Of a stretch of 64,000 nt of DNA, positions 13,401 to 25,630 are shown piece after piece. The first letter of the stretch is position 1; the number at the start of each line of letters is the position of its first letter. The stretch comes from Vicugna vicugna (taxonomy: Eukaryota). The notes beneath the pieces are model-generated. The model saw only the letters and a list, made by a program, of their open reading frames with translations, was not told where the DNA came from and searched no databases. The stretch is from assembly GCA_013265495.1 (NCBI GenBank), contig MU058636.1:7828295-7892294 (forward strand), written 5' to 3'. The translations under genes and the position numbers were made by a program.

Positions 13401-14149
13401 AAAGTGCCAGGTCCTTTTCTCTTCCTCTTCAAAATATTATATATAGTCCAAAAAAAATGCCATTTTTTTTCCCCTGAAATCTGTCTTCACAACCCAGCAA
13501 CTCACACCACATTGCTATGGAGTGGAACTTGCAAAGCTAGTTTTCCAGAAGAACTCCCTGCGGACTCTATGTGTAGAAGCATAGATTCTTTCGATTTATA
13601 TCTCCCTGGGCCTGAATATTTGAGAAGGACGAGGGAAAAATTTTAATGGCCTGTCTGTCAATAAAGTCTTTTCTATAGAAAAATTCTACTTTAAAATAAC
13701 AGTGACCAGTTTTTTCAAATGGATTTAATCAATGGAGTAAAACCACAGACCACTTTCACATTTGCACTCTCAGGTTCCCTCTGCCCGCCCCTTGATGGTA
13801 GCTTATGCAGAGCCCAGAGCTTTCCTATCAATTCCAGATACTCTAAAATAAAAAGTATTATTTAGGACCTAACTGATTCTGGGATATTAAAAGGTTTGAT
13901 CCCAGCTGGTATCAGAACTTGAAGCTCACAGCCAGTTCAGAGCTTCTCCCCTCCACCCCCCGACCAGCTCAGGGCTCCCCCATGGCTCAGAACCTGCAGT
14001 GGGGAAGAGTTGATATAATGAATTTTGCCCTTTCTCCACCTAATCTTCTGGCTCCTTCAAATTAGGGACAGGAGAGGGATGAGAGGAAGGCAGGCAAAGG
14101 CTCATGTCCCTGGTGCTCTCTCTCGGCTAGTTGGCTGTGATACCCTCCC

Positions 14150-14586
14150 GTTTGACTTACTTTACTTAGTATGATAAGCTCTAGGTCCATCCATGTTGCT
14201 ACAAATGGTGTTATTTCATTCTTTTTTATGGTTGAATAGTATTCCGTTGTATAGATATACCACACAAATAGACTTATTTACAAAACAGAAAGAGAGTCAC
14301 AGACATAGAAAACAGACTTATGGTTACCAAAAGGGACAGGGATGGGAGGGATAAATTAGGAGTTTGGGATTAGCAGATACAAATAACTATATATAAAATA
14401 GATAAACAACAAGGTCCCAATGCATAGCACAGGGCACTACATTCAGTATTATAATAATAACTTACAATGAGAAAGAACATGAAAAAGAATATATATATGT
14501 ATATATATATATATATAACTGAATTGCTATGCTGTACACCGGAAACTAACACAACACTGTAAATCAATTATATTTCAATAAAAAAA
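14150..14586 (+). mobile_element. 5'-truncated L1 3' end with 5' inversion
   Basis: About 14150-14264 is antisense L1 (minus frame WYIYTTEYYSTIKKNEITPFVATWMDLELIILSKVSQ); about 14265-14586 is sense L1 3'UTR ending in aataaaaaaa. Confidence 0.9.
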
Positions 14587-14904
14587 GGAAAACAAGTGAA
14601 TTTGTTTAATTAATTACTCTGGCTTTCATTCAAGGTCCTTTAGGCCATTATTTTTCTATTCCTTTTGTGCATATTTGGAGACATTTTTCTGATACAGAAT
14701 AGTCCTAAAGCATAACTACAAGAGCATTTCTTCACTCTGACTTTCCACAGCATAATATTCTTCCTTGGCTACAGTGCTCACCTGCCCCCTCTCCTGTTGG
14801 GAATCCACCCCTCTCACTCCTGTGGCCCTAGGCTTCCCTCTTTAGATGACTGCAACTTGAATTACATCAATTTCATGTACAATCCATAATGCTCAAATTT
14901 GTTT

Positions 14905-15880
14905 TTAAGTAAACTTTTAATTTTAGAATAGTTCCAGATTTACAGAGAAGTTGTGAGGATACAACAGAGTCCCCATATCCCCCAGTCCTAGTCTCCCTTA
15001 TTATTATCCTACATTAGGATGATATATTTGTCACAATTAATGAACCAATATCGGTACATTATTATTAACTGAAGTCTATATATTTTATCAAATTTCCTCA
15101 GTTTTTTTACCTAACGTTTTTTCTCCACTCCAGGACGTTTAATTGTCTTGTCTCCTTAGGTTCCTCTTGGCTGTGACAGTTTCTCAGACTTGCCTTGTTC
15201 GTGATGACCTTTACAGTTTTAAGGAGTACTGGTCAGGTGCTTTGTAGAATGTCCCCCAAGTGGGGTTTGTAGGATGTTTTTCTCATGATTAGACTAAGGT
15301 TATGAGTTTTTTTGGAAAAAGATCATAAAGTGCCATTTGCAGCATATCCAATCAAGGGTATGAAAGTTAAAAAATGACTTATCACTGTTGATGTTGACAT
15401 TAACAACCTGGCTGAAGTGGTACTTGTCAGGTATCTCCATTGAAAAGCTGCTTTTACCCCCTTTCCAATATTCTTTGGAAGGAAGTCACTGTGTGAAGGC
15501 TATACTTAAGGAGTGGGGAGTTATGCTCCAACTCCTTGAAAGCAAGTATCTACATAATTTATTTAGAATTCTTATGCATAGGAGATGTCTCCTCTCTCCC
15601 TTTATTTATTTATGCAGTCATCAATCACATATATCAGTAAAGGCTCGTGGATATTTATTTTAAACTTTGGCTATAACCCAACACTATTTTCTGGCTGAAA
15701 TTATTCTAGCTTTGCCCACTGGGGGCTCTTCCAGCTGACTCCTGTGTCTCTTATACATACGCCATCACTATGTTTTTTTTTCTTCCTTCCTTCGTTCCTT
15801 CTCTCCTTCCCTCCACTGGTTCCTTACTTTCTGACACTACGGTCTTCCCCAGGCTCCTCTTCTGTATCCCCTGACACCAT
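14905..15880 (-). mobile_element. L1MC/L1MD-type 3' end
   Basis: 'ttttaattttagaatagttccagatttacagagaagttg...tttgtcacaattaatgaaccaatat...gagtactggtcagg...tttgtagaatgtccc' is typical of antisense L1MC/MD 3' UTR. Confidence 0.8.
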
Positions 15881-16859
15881 GCTCTAATTTGCTCTGTCAC
15901 TTTTCTCCAGATTCTGTGCCCCTGTCTTGCAGTGCTTAAGTTAGCATCGCAATTCCTATGGTAATTAGTATGTTTTTGAATCAGTACAATGATTTGACAT
16001 GACAGACTACTCCAGTAATCTTTAATGTAAATGAAACTGTATTTAGAGAAGATAAGAATTAGGTTCATTATGAAGTATTTAATTTATACAGCCAATTATG
16101 AACTGTATGCATGAGTGGAGAGAAGAGAAGATAATGGAAAAAAAGAGATAAGCCAAAGTAATTTCTATTTCATTTGAAATAGTCAGACACCCACACCTGC
16201 CCCCTTCCCCTGCCTAAAATCTCCAGCAAGGTCATGGGTCCATTTATCTCTGTCCTGAGATCTGGCTGGACAGGAACTGAGGAAAGCCTACACTCTATAT
16301 ACTCCAAACACTCTATAAAATAAATATTCAAGGACTGCTGAGACAGGAAATATCAAAAAATAAGGCTACTGCAAAAATATAGAATAGTTTATCTGTTTTA
16401 TTTTTTAAAATCTGTTCCTCAAGTCAGGGAATCCTTGGTTTGACACAATAAACTTTAGAATAGACCATTCCTTATTATCTCTACCCAATCCAAAATCAAC
16501 ATATATGAAAACATCATACTCGATTCATAAGCGCTTTGACTGTGGAAAGAAGGTAAGAGAACAATGGGTTTCTCATGCGGTCACTGCAGCTAGTGCCTCG
16601 GTGTAATTAGGAAACGCTTCCTCTGGGGTGGCGACCCCACCAGATGGTGCAGAGCCCAAGCTTTCCATGACCTGTGGCTCTGCCTACAGAAAGCTTTTGA
16701 AGAAAGGGAGTTCCCACCAAGAAAAGGAAAAGGTGCTTAAAGGAAGACTAGGGATGGGGAAGTATTTTGTTGGGAGTTGGTCTGTTTCCTCCCACTGTGG
16801 TGCTACATTTTCATCATCTAGCTGCACTGAGGCCAGACTTTTATGAAGTCTGGGGCTTG

Positions 16860-17070
16860 TGCATATTTTTTCACCCACATCGCTCATCTTAAGGCTACAT
16901 CCTAAGCCTTCTTTTTTTCTCACTCCACATATTCTCCCTGGGTTAATCCGTCAACTCTCCCAGCTTTGATTCCCATGCATCTGCTGAGGACTCCCAATTT
17001 GTATATCCAGCCCAACTAGACCTCTCTCCTGGTCTCATCTATCCAACTATCTCCTGGTGTCTTCACTGGG
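16860..17070 (+). mobile_element. L2 LINE remnant
   Basis: 'ctccctgggttaatcc...ctgctgaggactcccaatttgtatatccagccc...atccaactatctcct'. Confidence 0.6.
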
Positions 17071-17309
17071 GGACAGAAACGTAGTTTTAATGATTTCATT
17101 ATGTTTTCCTGTATTTTCTAAATTGTCTGTGGTTAGCACATATTTCTATGATAATCATTTTTAAGATGTCATTAATTGAAAAATAAAATAGCAGACACGA
17201 GAAAGATTAAGTGACTCTTTTCTGTGTGGCTTTTCTATGAGAGCTGCAGGGCTAAACTGTAGTGTTTATTTGGGCATCTAATCCCCTGTACAATAGTAAA
17301 GAGTGGGCA

Positions 17310-17425
17310 TTATTATCTTCATATAACAGATTAAGAAACTGAGGTTCAGAGAAATCATGGTCACGTAGTTAACAAATTAGAGAGTTTGAATTTGAACCTG
17401 GAACTGTCTGGCTTCAAAAGCTTTG
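17310..17425 (-). mobile_element. MIR SINE remnant
   Basis: 'acagattaagaaactgaggttcagaga...ggtcac...atttgaacctgg'. Confidence 0.7.
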
Positions 17426-17722
17426 CTTTTGCAAATGCATGTGCTCTCCCAGAAACAGTGCAGACTCAGTGGGAAAGAAAATAAAAACAAAGTAAAAATA
17501 ACATATCCAAATTATATGTATTGTTCTTAAAGTTCTTTAGGTACCAGGACCTCATATTTACTCTCCTTTCTTGCCTTTTATTCTCCAGTGGTGTTAGCCT
17601 TCTAAGCTCCTCCAAGCATCTGGCAAAATGAGCTGGAAGACCACATTAGGCCTCCTTGCTCTTTTTAAGCAAAAGCCATAGACTATTAGTCTTTACTGTT
17701 CAGTCTGAAACTCTATGATTAC

Positions 17723-17945
17723 TTTTTTATTGTGTTATAATTAACATATAATGTTATATTAGTTTCAGGTACACAATACAGTGATTCAATATTTTTATGC
17801 ATTATGAAATGACTACCAGAATAAGACCAGTCACCTTACAAAGTTGTTACAATATTATTGACTATGTTCTTATGTGTACATTACACCCCTGTGACTTATT
17901 TTATAGCTGGAAGTTTGTACTTCCTAATCCCCTTGACCTATTTCA
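17723..17945 (-). mobile_element. L1 (L1MA-like) extreme 3' end
   Basis: poly-T then 'ataattaacatataatgttatattagtttcaggtacacaatacagtgattcaatattt'. Confidence 0.8.
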
Positions 17946-18569
17946 TCTGTATGACTATCATTTCTACCTTTTTTTTTAACTATCCCATCATTCCAGTGCA
18001 TGGACTACCTGCATGAAACTGTACTACTGTTGATATACTGGGATTGTCAGACCTTGATCTATATTTCTAAATGCCCTATAACTATTCTAAACATTTATTG
18101 AAACTTCACCGGGTTATTCTGACTAATCAAGCAATGATAAAACCCTGTAACAGTTCAAAAATATTTACTGAGCACCTGCTTTATGTCAGGCCCGGTGCAA
18201 GGAGTGGGACAAAGATAAATGAGACGAAGCACATGTTCTTTGTTGTTGCGAGGCGTGCACATACGTGGATGATTGTGATATAACTTGATAAGTGGTTAAA
18301 CTGAGGAAGGCCCTAAGAAAAGACACCTGGTCACCACGTCACCCAAATCTGAGAGGGAGTTGTGTTTCCTCAGGGGCACCGACCCACAGCGGGCGATCAA
18401 CATGCTGTTGTTCAGATTAGACATTCTGGCAGTCGCTGATGGCCTCTGCCAGACAAACTTCAGTCAGGCGAGGACAAAGGACAGATGACCGAGGGCGTGA
18501 GAGTGACGTACTGTAAGTGCCTGACATTAAGACTTCTTTGATTGTAGTCTAAGTGCCTGACATTAAGCG

Positions 18570-19026
18570 TTTGATCGTGGAGGCATCTATTTCAAAGACA
18601 TCCATCTCAAGCAAACACACTGCAAACTGGATGACCCGGCTATGAGCAAGCCAACTGGATAAGGAACCAGCAGCCCCCACCCATGAAGTGCCTCTTTTAG
18701 AAAGTCTAGGGTGACCTAGATAATTGACACCTCAGTGACCCCAATTCTCCCTTCCTATCCCCTAATTCCTATTCTTATCTTTTAAATTTTCCACTAGTGA
18801 GCCTAGGAAACCCTAAACACCCCACCCGTGGACCCTAATTAAGGTGATCCCTAGGTCTGCACTTCCTCCCTCTCTCTCCACCTGAGACCTCCCCGTGTGG
18901 CCCTGGGTGCGCCATGTACCTTTCAGGACTTGTGGGTAATAAATCTTCAGAGTTCCCTGATGGCTGTTGTTGAGGTGCATCCTGCAATCATAATAAGAAC
19001 CACAATGGCTGGTCCAGTCACAGCAT
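18570..19026 (+). mobile_element. Solo LTR (ERV/ERVL, MER74-like)
   Basis: LTR-like composition, AATAAA near 18938, 3' end 'aataagaaccacaatggctggtccagtcaca'; family assignment tentative. Confidence 0.55.
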
Positions 19027-19984
19027 TGGCTGTGGTCAGGAAAATGTGGGGTTTATTGCAAGCAGTATGGTCCCAGGTAAGGGCCTCAGGCATTCCTAGC
19101 CCATAGCATCACTATCAATAGGCTGAGACCAGCACAAATGAATGCAGAGAGCAAGACGTAGACATGATCAAGGTGGATTAACCTTTCAAGAAACCTGGTT
19201 GTGAAGGGAAGGAGAGATGGGGCAGTAAAGGGATAATGCAGGCTCAAGGGAGAGAGTTTTTTCAGGTGGAGATACCTAAATCCATTTTTATGGGTTATGG
19301 AAAGAGAGCCAATGATGAGAAAAAGTTTGAAAATATAAACTCCAGGAAGGTAACTGATGGAATAATGGAATTCAGAGAGCAAGGAGGGGTTGGTCTTGTA
19401 CAAGATAAGGATACATCCTTTGAAGCTAGAGGGAGAAGGCAAGGATGAACACAGACACAGGAGGTAAGTTTGCAGATGGGAACAGGGGCAGCAAATAATC
19501 CACAGAGAGTGAGAAGTCTGAAGGTCAGAAACTAGGGAGAGGGATGGAGCATCATGGAGGTTTGTGACAGACACCAATGGGAATGAATGAGAGCAAGTCC
19601 GACTCAAGGGAAGACTTCAGATGTGTGATGCAACAACCTCCAAAGTACGGTGATGTTTTTTCTAGCAGTGTTTGATTGCCCCAAGGTAGGAAAGTAGAAG
19701 ACTGTGGGAATGATGCGGGTGGTGTACCTCAGAAGAAAAGGCAGTCAAGGATGTTGGTGAGGAGACGATTCAAATCATCAGTTACAACATTTGGTCTGAG
19801 TAGGGACATGAGTGGCCAGATGGGGCTGGTAATCAGCTCCCACTGTCTAACAGGTGACCTTCCACAGGGAATTTAACCAGGAGCCAGGAGCAGTGCATCG
19901 ATGATACTCAAACGTTACACCAATGATCACTCTCCCTAAATTGTTAAAGGCCAGCAGAAGTTCCCTCGAGATCAATCATAATCG

Positions 19985-20135
19985 ACCCTTGACTGTACAT
20001 CAGAATTACACAGGGAGCTTCTAAAAAGGACAATGTGCAGATTCCAATGACAGCGATCTGGAATGAGGCCAGGGTAAAGGTATTTTTAAAAACATCCGAA
20101 TGATCTGAGTGTATAGCTGGAGTTTTGAGCCAATG
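19985..20135. mobile_element. MER5-type hAT MITE
   Basis: 'cccttgactgtacatcagaattacacagggagctt...gttttgagccaatg'. Confidence 0.6.
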
Positions 20136-20735
20136 ATTTGGACAGGCAACCTCCAATTATCCATTTCAAGGGCAAGTTGGGAGAGAATTTCAGGGTCTAG
20201 GAAGAACACAGACAACTGATTTCTATAGACAACCTCAAATCTCATTTTCGCTAACAGCTTCAGCCTTTTTATTTTTTTTACGTAGGTGGTAATTAGTACC
20301 AGAATTGACTCTTGATTTTCTTTCCTCATTGCTGTCACTTATGATAAGATAGAGGTGCTAACTGATAGTGAAATGGCCTGAAGGCAGCCAAAAGGCAAGA
20401 GAAAAAAGAGAAAGAAGAGTGTGTGGTCCCATAAATGGGATCTTTGTCCCTGTAATAGCAGGGTTAACATGCATATGGCACTTACGATATGCCAGGAGCC
20501 AGACTAAGAATTCCACAAAAAACTCATTTCTTCCACAATGACTCATTGAGTCATGTTCCTTTACTGTGCCCACTTTACAGCTGAGGAAACTGTCTCCCAA
20601 AGATGATATTGCAAAACTGTAAAACTTGCCAGTGGAGGGGATGACACTGTATCCGGTTATCTGATTCCACAGTCCTCTCTTAAGCATTACACATATGTAT
20701 CCAGGAGGCTAATAAACTCATTATGAACAAAAGGA

Positions 20736-20802
20736 GGGGGGAGGGTAGAGCTCAGTGGCAGAGTGTGTCCCCCCTCAAAAATTTTTTTAAAAAAAGAAAA
20801 AG
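20736..20802 (+). mobile_element. Internally deleted tRNA-derived SINE (camelid Vic-1-like)
   Basis: Head 'ggggggagggtagagctcagtggcagagtgtg' joined directly to tail 'cccccctcaaaaa...A-rich'; flanked by gaacaaaaggag / gaaaaaaggag. Confidence 0.75.
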
Positions 20803-21510
20803 GAAAAAAGGAGACTATATTTAGGAGAGGGAAAGTGGAAAACTCTGCAGTTCTTGCTCAGAAAGTCTAAGACAGATTTCAAAACGGATCTTGAATGTTA
20901 TTTTTTTTTTCTGGCCGTATGGCTGATTTATGATGTGGCAACAGTTTCCGAACTAATACTTTAAAGAAATTACTTTTTCAGATGCAAAGCTAGTTTTTCA
21001 TCCAGTATTTTAGTACCTGAAAGGTAATACGATTTACCTGAAAACTAAATCCCTGGGTGAAGTGGTCGATAGATTATTGCCACCATCCTAAAAACATCTG
21101 CTTAAATGAATAAATTTTAAGTAAATTTTCCACTCTCTCCACTCGCAGTTTTCCTCAATAATGAGATTTCCATCTTGCCGACTTCATTTGTATGTATTGC
21201 ACCTAACAGGTAACAGAACCTTCATTCAATTAGGGTTTTATTAAACCTTCATCATGTAGTTAATTCTACCTCTTTCAAAATGTCAGAGTCTACTGCCTCA
21301 TGGCGGGCCGTGTATAGTCAGTTTATTAGTGACCTAGGTGTTCATGGTGTACTTTGCTTTCCATCGTGTTAATTAAATTACTTGTTGTATAAATTATTGC
21401 AGAATGTCCCAGATGATGGAGATCAGGCAAATGTCAGGGTGCTCATTAATATTTCCTTGACACTTGCAGGAGGGAAAGTATTGCTATTTGTCTCTGGTCC
21501 TCCCTCTCTC

Positions 21511-21688
21511 AAGTGGTTCTCAACCTCAGCTGCACATCAGAATTGCCTGGAGATCTTTAAAAAATACAGATGCCTGGGTCCTAACCCCAGAGATCCTGAT
21601 ATCACTGATCTGGGGTTTGGCCTCGGCACAGGATTTTTAAGAGATTTCCAGGTGATTCTAGTGTGTAGCCTGGGTTAGGAATTCATTG
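21511..21688. mobile_element. MER5A-type hAT MITE
   Basis: 'agtggttctcaacctcagctgcacatcagaattgcctggagatc...ccccagagatcctgat...ccaggtgattcta'. Confidence 0.85.
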
Positions 21689-23246
21689 CTCAGGAGCTAG
21701 GAAGACCGTGGGTAAAAGCAATAAACGAGAAAAGGTGTGATTCACAAGTCTTTGTGGCTATTACCCTCTCTCTGGTTTGTAGACTTTTTTTTTTTTTTTG
21801 AAATAGGTAAGATCTTAGCATCTTATTTGAATTTGGTTTCTTTGGGGAATTGTACTGTGTGCTTATAAGATGTCTCAGCATTTCACTTGAGTCACAGAGA
21901 CATCGTGTAAACCCATAATTCTTTAGGATCCACTTGTGTATGCTAGGAATACTGAAGCATTTTACTTGGAGATTTTGCTTCCGGTCCAGTGGTTCAGAAG
22001 TCAGAAAAGCTCATTTACAAGCAGACAGGTAGCTGTCAGAGTTCCTGCGGTCCCTGAAGTTACATACCTTCATTTATTTAATAGCACATATCCATCTTAC
22101 TTACTATAAAAATTGAATACCACTATCTACATTAAAGTATCTACTCAAAACATCAGCTAAATGAAATTAGCTCTGCATCTTAGAATATGATGTGGTGAAA
22201 AAAGTCACCTTAAAATTTTTTTTTTTTACAACAACCCTGGAAGGTAGGCAGGGAAGATATTTTGAACTCTGTTTTTGTATGAAGAAACAGGGGCACAGTT
22301 TCACCCCTGCGTTACCCAAGGCCAGTGATTACTTGGTGCCTGAGAAGCAGCAGTAGGGCTCAGGTCTCTTGATTTGCTGTCAAGACAGCCAGAGCTTCTG
22401 CCAGTCTCCTCTGATAGATCCAGTTCCACAAACCACAATCCATGGTCTCCCTATCTTCTCCTTTTTACAGTTTTGAGTGTCCGCAAACTCCACATCTACA
22501 TCTGTTATCTATCACATTGTTATTTTTTCAAATGAAAGCATCTCTCTAGCCATGACTGCATGATCAAAATAGTCATGAATGAACAGAACACAAGTTCATT
22601 ACAATTAATTAGGACTTCACGTTTACAGTTGAGAATCGGATGTAGAGAAATCTGACCCATCCTTGGAACACTGTGGAGGAAATCAATGAACAAAAATTCA
22701 GCAAACCAAAAGTAGTGTTAGAGCTCTGGGGCAAATTCTGAGAAAGAAGAAGGTGACCGTTGAAGACATTTAGTCGGCACTTTAAGGAGACGCGTTTAAG
22801 TCTGGTCCCCCTCTACCAGGAACATCCTTTGGCTTTTGTTCCCTTGTGGGAAAACCTCCACCTCTATCAGCCTGCTCCAGGAAGTCTGTGGTATGTGAGA
22901 GCTGAATGCGAACCCTGGGGAAATCAACAGTTGGGGGAGATAAACATGGTCTGGGAAACTGACAAGGGTGAAGAAAATTCTGGGGTTAGGGCATAACAGG
23001 AAAACGATGTCCTCACTGCTTCCAAACGCTTCCCATACAACGCTGTTGTGGCATGCCAGGTTGTGCTGGCCATGTTCATACATAAAACAAACCACAGCAA
23101 ACCATAAAATGCACTTCTGTGCCCAGAATTTTTATTGGCATTAAGTTCTCCATCTCCTGGATTTCTGCTAGTAACTTGGTGACTCACTGATTTACTTAAG
23201 GTGGAATAAGTTATCTATTTTTACAGCTTCAATATACTGTTAAGGT

Positions 23247-23422
23247 GGTGGTTTTCAACCTTCCCTGAACATTTGAATCCAGTGAGAAATTCAAACAATC
23301 CAACACCCAGGCTGCACCCCAGGCTAATTAAATCCAAGATCTTGGGGTTTCGTTCTCCAGGCATTAGTAATTTGTAAACTCCCTTGGTGATTCCAATACA
23401 CAGCCAGGGTCCAAAACCACTG
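23247..23422. mobile_element. MER5-type hAT MITE
   Basis: TIR-like ends 'ggtggttttcaa' and 'ccaaaaccactg'; internal 'ggtgattccaatacacagccaggg'. Confidence 0.75.
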
Positions 23423-23830
23423 CTCGAAAGTAGTATTTACTTTTCTTCCTCCCTCTCATGACAGTTGCAAAAAAGAAACAAAAAAGGAATTTAATTTAGG
23501 AAGAAAGATTAGAAAAATTCACCCCATAAAGACTAAAACAGAACTGAGTGGTAATTATATTTCTTTCAGCCCTCACCAGACAAATCCCTGTGTTAAATCC
23601 TGTACCACATTGTTTTATTTCCCTGAACCTGGCTAGAATTTAACATAGAAAGAACAAAAGCAAAATTACAGAAATCTTTCTGCAAAATGAGTTTCCTAGC
23701 ATAGGAGGAGGGGCACTGATTTTATACCTTTAGAAGAAAAGTAAGTGGACTTCAGTGCAGCTGGGAGGGTTTCTAACAAACGCACACTCTCAGTTGGACT
23801 CAAAGTCTTTGTTCTAATCATCAATCTTTT

Positions 23831-24173
23831 AAAAAATTTTTTGTTTTGCCTTGTTTTTTGCAGTATGGTTGATTTACCACATTGTGTTAGTTTCAGGTGT
23901 ACAGCATAGTGATTTAGTTATTGTTTTTTCTGATTATAATTCATTATAGGTAATTACAAGAGATTTATATATAATTCCCTATGCTAGACAGTAAATCCTT
24001 GCTGTTTACCTATTTTATGTGTAGTAGTTTGTATCTGTTAATCTAATCTGTCTCTCCCCCAATTATTACCATTTGCAGCAACATGGATGGACCTAGAGAA
24101 TGTTACGCTTAGCAAAGTCAGATGAAGAAAGACAAATGCTCTATATCACTTATATGTGGAATCTAAAAAAATA
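23831..24173 (-). mobile_element. 5'-truncated L1 3' end with 5' inversion and degenerate TSD
   Basis: About 23831-24060 is antisense L1 3'UTR; about 24064-24173 is sense L1 ('ccatttgcagcaacatggatggacctagag...tatgtggaatctaaaaaa'); TSD ctaatcatcaatctttt (23814-23830) vs ctaaccatcagtcgttt (24174-24190), 14/17 identical. Confidence 0.88.
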
Positions 24174-25339
24174 CTAACCATCAGTCGTTTTTGACCATTC
24201 CTGAGAATACTGGTTTTTCCAGGTTAATCAGTGAGGGAGAAAGCACATGACTAGTTTTACCATCTCTTCCACATCCTTCTGAAGAAAGACCAGCACTGTG
24301 TTTCGAAATCTGACAGATTATGCAGGATAAGCCTGGGGGATGGCGGGTGACACCACTGGCAGCAGGGAGACTTGAAGGAGACTCTGTGAGCTCCTTCTGC
24401 TCCCATACTGGGAAGGGGAATTGGCTGTCGGATAGTGAGGGGGTGGAGATTTAACAAGTCCCTCCACTCCCTGGTAGAGATGCTACCAGGGGGCAGGACT
24501 TCTAGTGGTGGGTCAGGAATGCTGTGGATGGTACGCTGGCTGCTGAGGCCGTAGAGGTGTGGCTACAGACCCAGTGCATAACCTTGGCCCAGAGCAGCAG
24601 GGATGTCCACCCTGCAGGATGCTGTGGGCTTGGACACAGTCCAGTGAGGTGTGAGGGAGGCTCCTTCCTAGATGCTGAAACCCTCTGTCCACCCAGACAT
24701 AAGGGAAAGAGTCTCCAAGACACCTGAAATGGAATTTGTCGGTACCCTGGTGGGATGTGGCCTTGAAGAAGCTTCATCTTGACTTAGGGTTTTAAAAGAA
24801 TGTGAAATGTTTACACTCAAAGTTGTAGAATAAAATTCACACGCACTATCCTGGTATCCTGGTATTTCACAGACTGACCTAGTCTCAGAGATGAGGGCAC
24901 GTGTAAATTCCAGCTCCAAGACTGAGTCACTCATGTAAAGAGAATGGCTTTCCCTGTCTTTTGATTCAGCATGATGTAAACAGACAAGGTGGCCTTTATC
25001 TATGATGCATTTATTCATTATATATTATCAATACTGTTATTTTTTTCAGAATTATAACTGATGCCATTACATTTTCTTTTTCATGTAAGTGAATAAAGAC
25101 AAGGAAAGAAAAAAAAGAGAGAGAAGAGCCTTCTAAACAGCTAGTGCTGCCCACTTTCAGAGACATCGCCAGACTTTTTGGGATAGGCCTGAGACAAAGA
25201 TTCATCACCAAAAGTCCAGGAGAACCATATGGGCTTGACAGGCAGAGTTTCATTTTCACTTCTGGCAATTCTCTAGGAACTAGGATGCACAGCTAAACAG
25301 GGATTGTGGGCATAACTTGGAGTCTCCTCTCTGTAAGTG

Positions 25340-25630
25340 GCTTTCATTTACTCATCCAATAAACTCTTACTGAGTTCTCCTGAAGGCCAGATGCTGGGGA
25401 ATAAAACACTGAGGGCTACCACTAAAGCAGTGGATGCTTGCTCAGTGGAAAGGTCAAAACATCAATCAGGATTCCAGGAACCAGTTCCTGGAGGAAGTGA
25501 TACTGCACCGGGTCTTGAGGGATGAGTAGGAGTTTGCCAGATTGAAAGGAGGCAAAGGAAATTTGAAGCAAAGAAATGTCAAGTGTGAAATCATGAAAAC
25601 AGAGAAATAGCTGCACATGTCTGGGGAGCT
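25340..25630 (-). mobile_element. L2 LINE 3' remnant
   Basis: 'ttcatttactcatccaataaactcttactgag...ccagatgctgggga...ggtcttgagggatgagtaggagtttgccag'. Confidence 0.7.

Noticed and set aside
19086..19607. 173-aa minus-strand ORF
   Set aside because: It is a Leu/Ser-rich translation of purine-rich, probably L2-derived sequence, with a non-ATG start and no homology recognised
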